In this document: piece after piece, positions 1-8,318 of the stretch | Layout: the number at the start of each line of letters is the position of its first letter | How positions within the stretch are numbered: the first letter of the stretch is position 1 | Virus record (IMG/VR): IMGVR_UViG_3300029945_000001 | Span: 124,001-188,000 of that record | DNA length: 64,000 nt | Direction: 5' to 3' (one strand) | The notes under the pieces: model-generated | Seen by the model: only the letters and a program-made list of their open reading frames with translations | Told to the model about the DNA's origin: nothing | Database searches by the model: none | Translations under genes and position numbers: made by a program

Positions 1-1170
1 TACCGCGTCCACCAACCTTTTTCCATAACGGTCTAGTTGGAAGTTCAGATCTCTCCGTACTGTAATAGGTAACCTCAGGAGATATAAGCATGACCAGATC
101 ATGCAGGTTCGTTCTTCATAGATTGAACTTCTAAGACCACATCTGAGGTGCAATGCCTCGGCAGAGATAGCTATGTCATGTAGCATAAGTAAAAAAAACA
201 CCAACGATGAAGTTGTACTCTCTAAAGAGTTAATGAACATGTTCAGACATCTTAGGTGAACATTTACACCTTCAAAAAGATGGTAGCAACAGTATGGGTG
301 AGAACAAAGCCATCATGCTGGATATCTGGTAACAGTGTCCAGACCCATGTGCCCCCAAGAAACCATTGCGCTACGAGGATCTAGTGGAATTGATGCCATG
401 CTTCGCATGCGCACAGGTTATAATAACCACATTGTCCTTATCTGAACATTTTTATTGACTCTCTCGGAGAAAACCCTCGTTTGTTGAAATGTTTATCACA
501 AAGCTGTTATGACTCAATGACATAACAGTTTACCGCTTAAGGTTAACCATCTATCCCTCATCACCGTAGTACGCCTAGGAGTTGTCCTATGTGGTCCAAA
601 ATGATGAATGATGAGCGGTGGCGAACAGCCGGGTTTGGAGACTGTGTGATATGGCCTCCTAACTGGGCTCTGTTGTTCTTTCATGCATTGACACCCAGTG
701 TATCGAGAGAATATCGGTCCGTCTCGAACGGACAACTTTCCTGCTTTAGATCGTATGTTTTGGCATATGTCTTAATCCGCACCGGTCCGGCCGATGTATG
801 GATATGGGCGTAACTCGTCAACGATCTGCTAACAGGCTGAAGAACATGGAAGGTATACCAGGACTACGATCGCCGGCTCTAACTTAAGTCATCTGGAGTC
901 ACTCAGGGACTATCCTGCGGTGAACATACGATGAGAGTTATCTTGGGATCATTTCCGTATACACACAACTGCTGTGTCCATAAGTGTTCTGTGTCTGAAA
1001 GCAAGGCATGAAGTGATTTTGTCACCGCCAACCCGCTATGTGGGAGATCCGTGAAAAGGTCTCCCACTACGGTTTCTTTAGTGTAGATTAAGGTGAACAC
1101 CGAACACGGAATGGGCCTCCGCGCAACACAATCCCCCGATGTTGCTATGTTCGGTGTTCTCCTTAGTTTA
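1..1170 (+). ncRNA. Candidate large structured non-coding RNA (5' end probably outside the window)
   Basis: No credible ORF, visibly more GC-rich than the genome. Many nested helices: 41-52/120-130, 226-234/454-462, 239-247/441-449, 501-531, 627-638/1028-1037, 680-686/1006-1012, 742-750/994-1003, 750-759/923-932, 1040-1067, 1089-1106/1148-1165. G-U wobbles favour the + strand. Confidence 0.75.
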
Positions 1171-1217
1171 TACATATTAAATTCTTCAGGCAGCTGCTTA
1201 TTTTTTATTTCAAAGAT

Positions 1218-1229
1218 AAATATATATTA
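1218..1229 (+). promoter_or_regulatory. phiKZ-type early promoter motif AAATATATATTA upstream of tRNA-like RNAs
   Basis: Same motif recurs upstream of about 10 transcription units; resembles the phiKZ early TATATTAC motif. Confidence 0.65.
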
Positions 1230-1242
1230 ATACATTGAATTC

Positions 1243-1322
1243 GCCGCAGTATCTCCTTGGCCTTCTAAGCTATTGAAAGAGTAACTGGACACATGGGGGT
1301 TCGAATCCCTCCTGCGGCGCCA
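1243..1322 (+). tRNA. Non-canonical tRNA-Arg(UCU)-like RNA lacking a normal D arm
   Basis: 7-bp acceptor GCCGCAG/CTGCGGC, G discriminator, CCA end, T arm GGGGG-TTCGAAT-CCCTC, anticodon loop CTTCTAA; D-loop-like AACTGGAC lies 3' of the anticodon arm. Confidence 0.65.
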
Positions 1323-1346
1323 ATCATTTAAAATATTCTAATCCGG

Positions 1347-1438
1347 GATCGTCGGTCTGAGTCTGACCTGGAGACCACTAAGATACCATATATCTTCTAA
1401 GCGGCAGGTCGTAGGTTCGAGTCCTACTGGGATCGCTA
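1347..1438 (+). tRNA. Degenerate or atypical tRNA-like element with the 3' half of a tRNA-Arg(UCU)
   Basis: CTTCTAAGCGGCAGGTC-GTAGGTTCGAGTCCTAC-TGGGATCG; imperfect acceptor pairing with GATCGTCG; no CCA and no canonical D arm. Confidence 0.45.
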
Positions 1439-1440
1439 AG

Positions 1441-1840
1441 CTGCCATACATCTTCTTCAGTTTCGGGTCCTTCTGAGTAAGGCATTTGAGTATGCACACC
1501 GATCCATGAAAGTGGGGACAGTGTATCGGTTCTTTTAAAAGTTTTGGCTCCGTTAACTGAGTCTGGACTGCTCACCGGCATGTATGTGTCAGTGTTGTCG
1601 GAAAAGCATACAAATGCATTAATGGTTAGAGGGTGTCCATCTTCGGATCGGCATTTTGGCCATAGTCGCTAGAAATCAGTGAAACGGGCTGGTCTCGGGA
1701 TAAATTGTAAGTCTGACGACCGAGATAAGATTAATGACTTACCAAAGTCCTGGTGTGTTAAAAAACTTATGGTGATGTAACCAGGGATGCGAACTATGTT
1801 TGCCATCGGACGCCAAGCGATCGATGAAACCATTCTAAAT
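1441..1840 (+). ncRNA. Candidate ~400-nt structured ncRNA
   Basis: ORF-free, GC-enriched; helices 1441-1451/1580-1592, 1498-1503/1525-1530, 1661-1669/1789-1798, 1692-1698/1720-1726, 1748-1754/1780-1786; followed by a terminator. Confidence 0.55.
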
Positions 1841-1872
1841 TCCACTTAACTTTTAGGTCGATGTTATCGGGC

Positions 1873-1925
1873 TGTCACATGCATGGACGTAATGTCCATG
1901 TATGTGACAAGTTCATTTATTTTTT
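1873..1925 (+). terminator. Intrinsic terminator hairpin
   Basis: TGTCACATGCATGGAC...GTCCATGTATGTGACA followed by a T-rich tract. Confidence 0.75.
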
Positions 1926-1953
1926 AATACATTTTGAGTTTTATACAAAAAAT

Positions 1954-1966
1954 AAATATATATTAC
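1954..1966 (+). promoter_or_regulatory. Early promoter motif AAATATATATTAC
   Basis: Recurrent motif just upstream of a GGAG RBS. Confidence 0.65.
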
Positions 1967-1983
1967 TTATTTAGAAATATGGA

Positions 1984-2289
1984 GTGACTATCATGAATTA
2001 TCAAATGGTATCTATTGCTCATCCTATCGATGAGCTATCTCATCGTGAAGATATGGCTAAACATCTGGACGATCTCTTCAAAAAAGATCAAAACCACAAT
2101 ACGATATTTCCTGAAGAACTTCAAAATGCTATCAGACTTATCGGCGTCGAGAAAATCGTTAGTAACTCTGATGTTACTAAGCAGGGCATTTATTATGCTC
2201 TGCGACAGAATCGTCTTCCTAGACTTCTTACGATCTCTAGGATCTTGAAAAGTATGGGCCTTCGTCTTGCTATCGTTGTTGACGAATAA
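1984..2289 (+). CDS. Putative addiction-module antidote protein (HI1420-like HTH), orphan
   Basis: Pattern 'ELSHREDMAKHLDD...GVEKIVSNSDVTKQGIYYAL..NRLPRLLTISRILKSMGLRL' matches the HI1420/TIGR02684 antidote family. Confidence 0.7.
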   Translation: MTIMNYQMVSIAHPIDELSHREDMAKHLDDLFKKDQNHNTIFPEELQNAIRLIGVEKIVSNSDVTKQGIYYALRQNRLPRLLTISRILKSMGLRLAIVVDE

Positions 2290-2723
2290 TAAAATCTGAA
2301 ATTACCAAAGCATATGGACATCTTGATAGTACATATATCCCAAAAGGAAATGATCCACAGCAACCCATCTCACTCTTACGAATTTAGAGTCTGTCTCTGT
2401 TGATAATACTCCAGACGAAGACGGACAATATGGAGTATTATTCCTCAATGGTGACAAAGGCACGGTATATACATATGTTCATTATAAAGATGCCGTTTCG
2501 GCACATGATGATTATGTTGGCAGAAAAAGAATATTTGATGTGCATAGAACCATGGCTGATGCATTACGTAAATAGTCTTTAAAGTGAAGATGTATTAGAA
2601 TGAGTGTGTGATAGTCTAACAAACTATCACACATTTGTTTTTTGTATAAAACTTAACATTAAAAACAGATGATAATAATATGTCACAAAAAAGCAATTTA
2701 TTTATTTTATAATTTCATTTAGT

Positions 2724-2800
2724 GCCCGTATAGCTTTAGCTGGTAGAGCACCGGATTTGTAATCCGGGGGTCGTGGGTTCGAATCCTACTGCGGGCACCA
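2724..2800 (+). tRNA. tRNA-Thr(UGU)
   Basis: Canonical cloverleaf, anticodon arm CCGGA-TTTGTAA-TCCGG, CCA end. Confidence 0.95.
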
Positions 2801-2805
2801 AATGA

Positions 2806-2881
2806 TGGGATATAGCTCAGTTGGTAGAGCGGGTGGCTGTTAACCACCATGTCGTAGGTTCGAGTCCTACTATCCCAGCCA
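2806..2881 (+). tRNA. tRNA-Asn(GUU)
   Basis: Canonical cloverleaf, anticodon arm GGTGG-CTGTTAA-CCACC, CCA end. Confidence 0.95.
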
Positions 2882-2899
2882 TTTTCTGCAAGATACGAC

Positions 2900-2946
2900 G
2901 AACAGGATGGTCCGACGGACCATCCTGTTCTCTATTTTATTTTTTT
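2900..2946 (+). terminator. Intrinsic terminator after the tRNAs
   Basis: GAACAGGATGGTCC...GGACCATCCTGTTC plus T tract. Confidence 0.8.
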
Positions 2947-2958
2947 CATAAAGTTATA

Positions 2959-2970
2959 AAATATATATTA
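2959..2970 (+). promoter_or_regulatory. Early promoter motif
   Basis: AAATATATATTA. Confidence 0.6.
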
Positions 2971-3006
2971 TTTAATTGAAACACACTATAGCTTCTCAAA
3001 AGGATA

Positions 3007-3750
3007 ATGCTTATGAAAATACGATCTGCTAATAAAAAGAGGCTGGCTAGATATAAAAAAGATAATATTAGAAAATTAAATGCTATACGTAAAATTAAAC
3101 AATATATCAACACTGCTATACCTGATTGTATTGTTGTTAATATTAAAATAAAGATAAAATTAAAAGACTATATCGATAATACTTATAAATCTGATAGCTA
3201 TTATTTACGTCTCATTATGAAAGCAAGAAACATAAATAGGGCAGTAATTTATTTTAATGATGTGATAAAACTTAGATGGAATTCCCTGTATGGTGCTTCT
3301 TGTAATAATAATCCATATTCTCTTAAAATGTATAAAGATATGTATGATAGATTTAGTAAAGTTGTTAAAGACTTCAATATTAATGTCATAACATCTACCC
3401 AGATAGATAGTACGAAAATATCATCTGGTATATATAGTACTGATTCAGAAAGCTTAACGGAACAAACAAATTCATATTTATCAATATCCAAAGATCCTGA
3501 AGTTCTTGATAAAATTGTTAGATTAGAAAATAGAAAAATGGTAAAATTATTTGGAGAAAATAACTATAAAGTCGATACAGAATTGAGTTTTACTTCTGAT
3601 GAATCAGTATTACAAGTTTTTAAAAGAGAAGTAAACGACTTGGATGCTGAGGTAGTTTATGGTCCAAGCAAAGTTCAGGTTCCTGGAAAACTTAATATAG
3701 AAATTAAATATATCAGTATTAATAAGGAAAATACAAATGGGGATGTATGA
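3007..3750 (+). CDS. Hypothetical protein
   Basis: 247-aa ORF with AAGGA RBS after a promoter motif. Confidence 0.75.
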   Translation: MLMKIRSANKKRLARYKKDNIRKLNAIRKIKQYINTAIPDCIVVNIKIKIKLKDYIDNTYKSDSYYLRLIMKARNINRAVIYFNDVIKLRWNSLYGASCNNNPYSLKMYKDMYDRFSKVVKDFNINVITSTQIDSTKISSGIYSTDSESLTEQTNSYLSISKDPEVLDKIVRLENRKMVKLFGENNYKVDTELSFTSDESVLQVFKREVNDLDAEVVYGPSKVQVPGKLNIEIKYISINKENTNGDV

Positions 3751-4129
3751 TAATTTTTATATACCTACTGACAATAAATTTAATATATTTATTCCACACA
3801 GATTTAAAAACGAACCTTTTGTTACGTTTCAGACAAAACAACTATCATGCGATCTTATTCACTATGAATTTTCCAGAGAGGGTTATCTAAAAATAAGAGA
3901 TATTGGTAGATCTTCGCATAGTATTTTTACTCAAATATATATAGACATGGTTAATACAGGAAAATTTTCTACTAATGACGAATGGATAGATTTTGATAAC
4001 CGATTATTAACTCTATATCCTGCGTTTGGGTATCCAGATAGATTTGTAGAGTTTCATTTTAATATAATTAATAATAAAATACAAGAAGTTTATAATAATA
4101 AAAAAGATCTTATTTTTGAATTTAAGTGA
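3737..4129 (+). CDS. Hypothetical phage protein (MGMYD N-terminus)
   Basis: 130-aa ORF with AAGGA RBS; MGMYD...QTK pattern common in phage hypotheticals. Confidence 0.75.
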   Translation: MGMYDNFYIPTDNKFNIFIPHRFKNEPFVTFQTKQLSCDLIHYEFSREGYLKIRDIGRSSHSIFTQIYIDMVNTGKFSTNDEWIDFDNRLLTLYPAFGYPDRFVEFHFNIINNKIQEVYNNKKDLIFEFK

Positions 4130-4175
4130 TAGATGGACATTAATGTCCATCTATCATACCATTTAAGGAGAGGAA

Positions 4176-5048
4176 ATGTATCCGACATATGAGACTATAG
4201 ATCTTAATACCGATCAGTCACACCAAGAAGATAGAAAACTGTTCTTAATGAGTGGTGGTCTGGATTCAACATATATGATCTTAGAAGAATTAGAAAGTGG
4301 TAATAATATTGATATTTTGACTATTTATTGTGGCCAAGATGTCAATAAATATAAAAGAGAAAAACAAGCTATAAAAGACATCTTAAATGCACTAAAAGAA
4401 ATAAAAAACGAAAAAGACAAAAAAGATATTAAATTTGGTAAGGTTATAAAATGGTTTGTTGTCGACGATGGGCTTGATTTTAGAGGAGGTATTCTTAACA
4501 ATCATGTCTGTCTTTGTCAACCGCCGAGTTGGATTATAACAAGTATCTATGTATTACAACCTTACCACGCATCTTTAAATATCGGGTATATCACCGGAGA
4601 TAGTATTATTGGAATGTTAGATTATCTCGTCTATATTTTCGAAAATCTTACTTATATAACATTTGGAAAAACGACCAACCTTTTGTTCCCTTTATGTAGA
4701 CCTAATGGTAATGTGATGGCTGCGCGTACAAAAGAACAAGTTGTTAATGCTTTAAAAGATAGAGACTTATATCATTTGGTGTGGACTTGCGAATTCCCTT
4801 ATGAAAGAAATAATGAAATAATTGAATGTGGTGATTGTCATCCATGTCGTACTAAAAGAGCTTATGATGAACGGTTTAATAGAAAGATGTTTAAATTGCA
4901 TGCAGTATCTTTAGATACAGAAACATACGATGAAGAAAACAAGGACCAATTAAATCTTCCACCTATTCCTAAACTTTTAGTATCAAAATCAGAGTATATT
5001 GATAACAAAGAGATTACCGACGAAGCTTGTGAATCCGAACCACAATAA
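4176..5048 (+). CDS. QueC-like PP-loop ATPase (7-cyano-7-deazaguanine synthase-like)
   Basis: SGGLDST PP-loop; C-terminal WTC...CGDCHPC zinc site. Confidence 0.8.
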   Translation: MYPTYETIDLNTDQSHQEDRKLFLMSGGLDSTYMILEELESGNNIDILTIYCGQDVNKYKREKQAIKDILNALKEIKNEKDKKDIKFGKVIKWFVVDDGLDFRGGILNNHVCLCQPPSWIITSIYVLQPYHASLNIGYITGDSIIGMLDYLVYIFENLTYITFGKTTNLLFPLCRPNGNVMAARTKEQVVNALKDRDLYHLVWTCEFPYERNNEIIECGDCHPCRTKRAYDERFNRKMFKLHAVSLDTETYDEENKDQLNLPPIPKLLVSKSEYIDNKEITDEACESEPQ

Positions 5049-5068
5049 TAAAAAGGAAAAATTCTATA

Positions 5069-5521
5069 ATGAATAATACTCTTCATGAGTTTGATGGGAA
5101 TGGTTGGGATCTTTTATGGTATTTATTCAATTTTCAATCAAGTAATAATGGAAAATCACTATTATTATTTCTTAATGATGAAGGTGAATATTTTGGAATG
5201 TATAAGTTTGTGCAATATAGTCATGCAGAGAATAGAATCATAGTTACTAAAAGAACGATTTATTCTTATGAAAAACATATACAAAATTCACAAGATATAA
5301 TAGACGGTGTTACAGTAACTACTGAATATTCTAATATTTGTAATAGTCCAGTTATGCTTGATAGTTATTTGTTATCATATATTTATACTAAAATGATAAG
5401 TTTTGGCGTCATTAAAGATATATACACATCTGGTCCTTATTGGTATAATACATTCGACCTAGAAAGATATACTAAAGAAATTATACAGGGAAATTTATAC
5501 ACAGATATGTTTTCCTTATAG
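5069..5521 (+). CDS. Hypothetical protein
   Basis: 150-aa ORF with RBS. Confidence 0.7.
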   Translation: MNNTLHEFDGNGWDLLWYLFNFQSSNNGKSLLLFLNDEGEYFGMYKFVQYSHAENRIIVTKRTIYSYEKHIQNSQDIIDGVTVTTEYSNICNSPVMLDSYLLSYIYTKMISFGVIKDIYTSGPYWYNTFDLERYTKEIIQGNLYTDMFSL

Positions 5522-5573
5522 TAAATTATTGAGATATTTGTACATGTTCATGAAAAAAAACGGAGGTCCTAAG

Positions 5574-6011
5574 ATGAACGATATTGTATTAGAAATTCTA
5601 GAAACAATAGATCGTGCTATATATAACAAACCGGTAGTCTTTGTAACAAAAATTAATACGGATTATGTTTTAAATGTATTATTTAAAGATATGAAGAAAG
5701 ATATGCGTAGCTATGAAATAGCAAGTATGGTTAAAGAAAATGATTATCTTTCTATTGTGACAAAACAAGGTTATAAATTATCTGTATTTCAACACGACCG
5801 CGAACTTACTGATGAAATAGAAGCTCTTTTTGGTTCTGATAAAATAATATTTAAATCAGATGTTGATTCGATACATACTGAATATGAAACTGACCCTACC
5901 GATGATGAGTTATGTACAGTACCAGATAATTCTACAAACATACACAATGGTAGAACTAATGATAAGCAAAGGATGAATCATTACGATCCTGGGAGGGTAA
6001 AACGATGGTAA
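5574..6011 (+). CDS. Hypothetical protein
   Basis: GGAGG RBS before the ATG at 5574. Confidence 0.65.
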   Translation: MNDIVLEILETIDRAIYNKPVVFVTKINTDYVLNVLFKDMKKDMRSYEIASMVKENDYLSIVTKQGYKLSVFQHDRELTDEIEALFGSDKIIFKSDVDSIHTEYETDPTDDELCTVPDNSTNIHNGRTNDKQRMNHYDPGRVKRW

Positions 6012-6529
6012 ATTTAGAAAGATATACTAAAGCAATTGTTGACATTGAAGCTAGAAATATTTTTCATCAATATAATGCCTATGAAGCATCAATAGATTGG
6101 CCAAAGCCTTATTATCCTAGATATGATGAATGTAGATATTTAACACCTGAATTAACCAAAGAAGAGATAATATCGAGATTGCATAGAAAAATTTCTCAAA
6201 ACATATTAAAGAGCTATACTACATATACTAAAGAAATGTTGGATAATATTAGTACTATTATTTCTTTTAAAAGAAATAATAGCATAATGATAACGTGTGG
6301 AGGACATGGACTTTGTGTTGGTGATATTGTACGTCCTATCGAAATGATAAGTAATCTACCTGATACTTTCAATGGAATGTATACTGTTACTTCTCTATCT
6401 TCATACAATACTTATGTGATAGTTGAAACTCAATCACTTAGTGTGGGTAAACCAAAATCTAAGAATGATAGTTTAGGTAATCTTGTAGATCCTAGATTCA
6501 ATGCTAAATATGGACCAAAAAGGAGATAA
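6005..6529 (+). CDS. Hypothetical protein with an HGL..GD..NG.Y.V beta-domain
   Basis: 174-aa ORF with GGAGG RBS. Confidence 0.65.
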   Translation: MVNLERYTKAIVDIEARNIFHQYNAYEASIDWPKPYYPRYDECRYLTPELTKEEIISRLHRKISQNILKSYTTYTKEMLDNISTIISFKRNNSIMITCGGHGLCVGDIVRPIEMISNLPDTFNGMYTVTSLSSYNTYVIVETQSLSVGKPKSKNDSLGNLVDPRFNAKYGPKRR

Positions 6530-6532
6530 CTA

Positions 6533-6697
6533 ATGTTGGTTGGATTGATTGTTGAATATTTTATTATTATTGTATTTGGTATTATTATTTTCATTCAGCG
6601 ATGTACAATCAATCACAAGAATACGATCATTCATACATATGAACATTTAATTAATATATCGAAAGATTCAGATACTATTAAAATAGATAATGAATAA
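6533..6697 (+). CDS. Small predicted membrane protein (54 aa, not in the ORF track)
   Basis: AGGAG RBS; MLVGLIVEYFIIIVFGIIIFIQR hydrophobic N-terminus; fills the gap between neighbouring genes. Confidence 0.55.
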   Translation: MLVGLIVEYFIIIVFGIIIFIQRCTINHKNTIIHTYEHLINISKDSDTIKIDNE

Positions 6698-6985
6698 ATG
6701 GTAATATATAATCTTGATTTTCAATATGGTCCATATGTATTACCAGAACTAATTCATCCTGGAATAATTATCAAAGAAATGTTTATTAATAAATATCATT
6801 ATTCCTCAACTAAAGAATTCAGTAAAGTTCTTAATATATCAGAGTCAAAACTTGTAAAAATATTAAATGGTACTAGTGATATAACGAAATCGTTTGCTAG
6901 AAAATTAAGTAGTATAGATAAATTGTTTACAGAAAAACAACTTATTGATATGCAGGATAATTATAATAGAAGTATCTTTAAGTAA
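6698..6985 (+). CDS. HigA-family antitoxin-like HTH protein, orphan
   Basis: IHPG.IIKE...FSK.L.IS...L..ILNG...IT...A.KL matches the HigA/VapI pattern. Confidence 0.75.
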   Translation: MVIYNLDFQYGPYVLPELIHPGIIIKEMFINKYHYSSTKEFSKVLNISESKLVKILNGTSDITKSFARKLSSIDKLFTEKQLIDMQDNYNRSIFK

Positions 6986-7020
6986 TTTAAACAGATTTTT
7001 CAAAATAAGGGGAACAAATC

Positions 7021-7554
7021 ATGAATATTAAACATATTCTAACAACTAATAAAAATAATGCATCATTTATTCTTGTTATTATTTTATTATTATGTATAGA
7101 ATTCTCTCTCGTAGGAGAGATATATTTGATTAATGGAGAAAAAATAAAACTTTCTAATATTGTTAAAAATACCAAAAATTATTTGGTATTAGATAATAAT
7201 AGTAATGTTACTGGGATAAATCATACAGTTGAACAATTTATTGATATGAGAAATGTAAGAGATTATCTTGCAATAGTATTTAATGATAGTGATCACGATG
7301 TCCGTAGGATTGAATGTTCACATGTTCTTAGAAGTAGAAAAACAGATATTATTTTAGGAAATGAAGGAATATATTCAAAAAGTAATCCTTCTGAAATTAA
7401 ATCACACCATGCTGCTATCATTAATTTTGAAACATATCTTGGAGAATGTGATGAATATAGCATCTCTTTCTATAATGAAAATAGTGAATTAATAAATTCT
7501 AAATTCTTTAATAGTTCTGGATATACTGATGCATTTAGAATTGAATTATATTGA
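7021..7554 (+). CDS. Hypothetical membrane-anchored protein
   Basis: N-terminal hydrophobic helix. Confidence 0.65.
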   Translation: MNIKHILTTNKNNASFILVIILLLCIEFSLVGEIYLINGEKIKLSNIVKNTKNYLVLDNNSNVTGINHTVEQFIDMRNVRDYLAIVFNDSDHDVRRIECSHVLRSRKTDIILGNEGIYSKSNPSEIKSHHAAIINFETYLGECDEYSISFYNENSELINSKFFNSSGYTDAFRIELY

Positions 7555-7561
7555 AATTATA

Positions 7562-7610
7562 CCTGAGGGACATTATGTCCCTCAGGGTATTCTCCTCTTA
7601 TTTTTTATTT
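7562..7610 (+). terminator. Intrinsic terminator
   Basis: CCTGAGGGACA-TTA-TGTCCCTCAGG followed by a T tract. Confidence 0.75.
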
Positions 7611-7667
7611 AAAGATATCTATTGAATATAATTTAGAATACTTACTTTTTTAAAAAGGATAAAGTAA

Positions 7668-7997
7668 ATGAATAATATTTCACGTATTGATTTATCTACT
7701 ATTGAACTAATAGCTGATAATGTAGTTATTTTTATGAAACATAAATGTCATAGAGAAGTTGATGCTGAACAAATTGTTGATATCGTAGATATAGAAGGTA
7801 AATTAGTATATATGTTAAAAAATGATGCTCATAATTTAGAATCTGCTATATTGATATATCAAGAAGAAGATTTTTCAAGATTTCATAAAAAAGATTATAC
7901 TCCTGTTATTGGTGATTATTTGGTCACTCATGCAGATGGGGGTAGATCAGTTTGTCAACAGAAATTTTTTCAGTACTGGTATACAAAAATAGAATAA
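7668..7997 (+). CDS. Phage protein of the 'CHK.V.A..I ... P.xGDY.V...DG.S....F...Y' family
   Basis: KCHREVDAEQI and PVIGDYLVTHADGGRS...FF..WY motifs. Confidence 0.6.
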   Translation: MNNISRIDLSTIELIADNVVIFMKHKCHREVDAEQIVDIVDIEGKLVYMLKNDAHNLESAILIYQEEDFSRFHKKDYTPVIGDYLVTHADGGRSVCQQKFFQYWYTKIE

Positions 7998-8022
7998 TTA
8001 AAATAGGCAGAAGGAACGTATT

Positions 8023-8283
8023 GTGAAGTCTTCGGTATTTATTAAACCAACCATCCCAGAAGTCATTAATCTTTTTATTTCATATAGATGTAATAATGGT
8101 ACATGGTATTCATTGTCAGAAGTTATGATAAATAAATGTATTAGTAAAGAAAGTGTAAAAAGATGTTTGTACAAAGCAGATGAACTCGACGATGAAGAAG
8201 GATTCGTATTAGCTAAAGTATTATTCTTAATGAGTAAAACACAAAGAAGAAAAATACCTTATATTGTAGAACAACTTTTATAA
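8023..8283 (+). CDS. Hypothetical phage protein
   Basis: 86-aa ORF with AAGGA RBS. Confidence 0.65.
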   Translation: MKSSVFIKPTIPEVINLFISYRCNNGTWYSLSEVMINKCISKESVKRCLYKADELDDEEGFVLAKVLFLMSKTQRRKIPYIVEQLL

Positions 8284-8297
8284 TTCAAATTTGTTTC

Positions 8298-8310
8298 AGA
8301 TATATATTAC
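8298..8310 (+). promoter_or_regulatory. Early promoter motif AGATATATATTAC
   Basis: Recurrent motif. Confidence 0.65.
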
Positions 8311-8318
8311 TTTATTGT

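Noticed and set aside
1031-1076. Hairpin superficially like group II intron domain V
   Set aside because: Longer than the ~34-nt domain V, no clear AGC/CGC triad geometry, and no flanking exon or RT gene visible
1243-1438. tmRNA (one- or two-piece)
   Set aside because: No G3-U70 alanine identity or GGGG..ACCA ends, and no tag reading frame recognised
514-1581. Short ORFs 514-735, 589-813, 903-1175 and 1378-1581
   Set aside because: Atypical composition, overlapping on opposite strands and lying in heavily base-paired sequence; better explained as ncRNA
2290-2582. ORF 2400-2582, and an alternative start-less frame ending at 2575
   Set aside because: Neither has a convincing start or recognisable motif; possibly a decayed gene but cannot be supported
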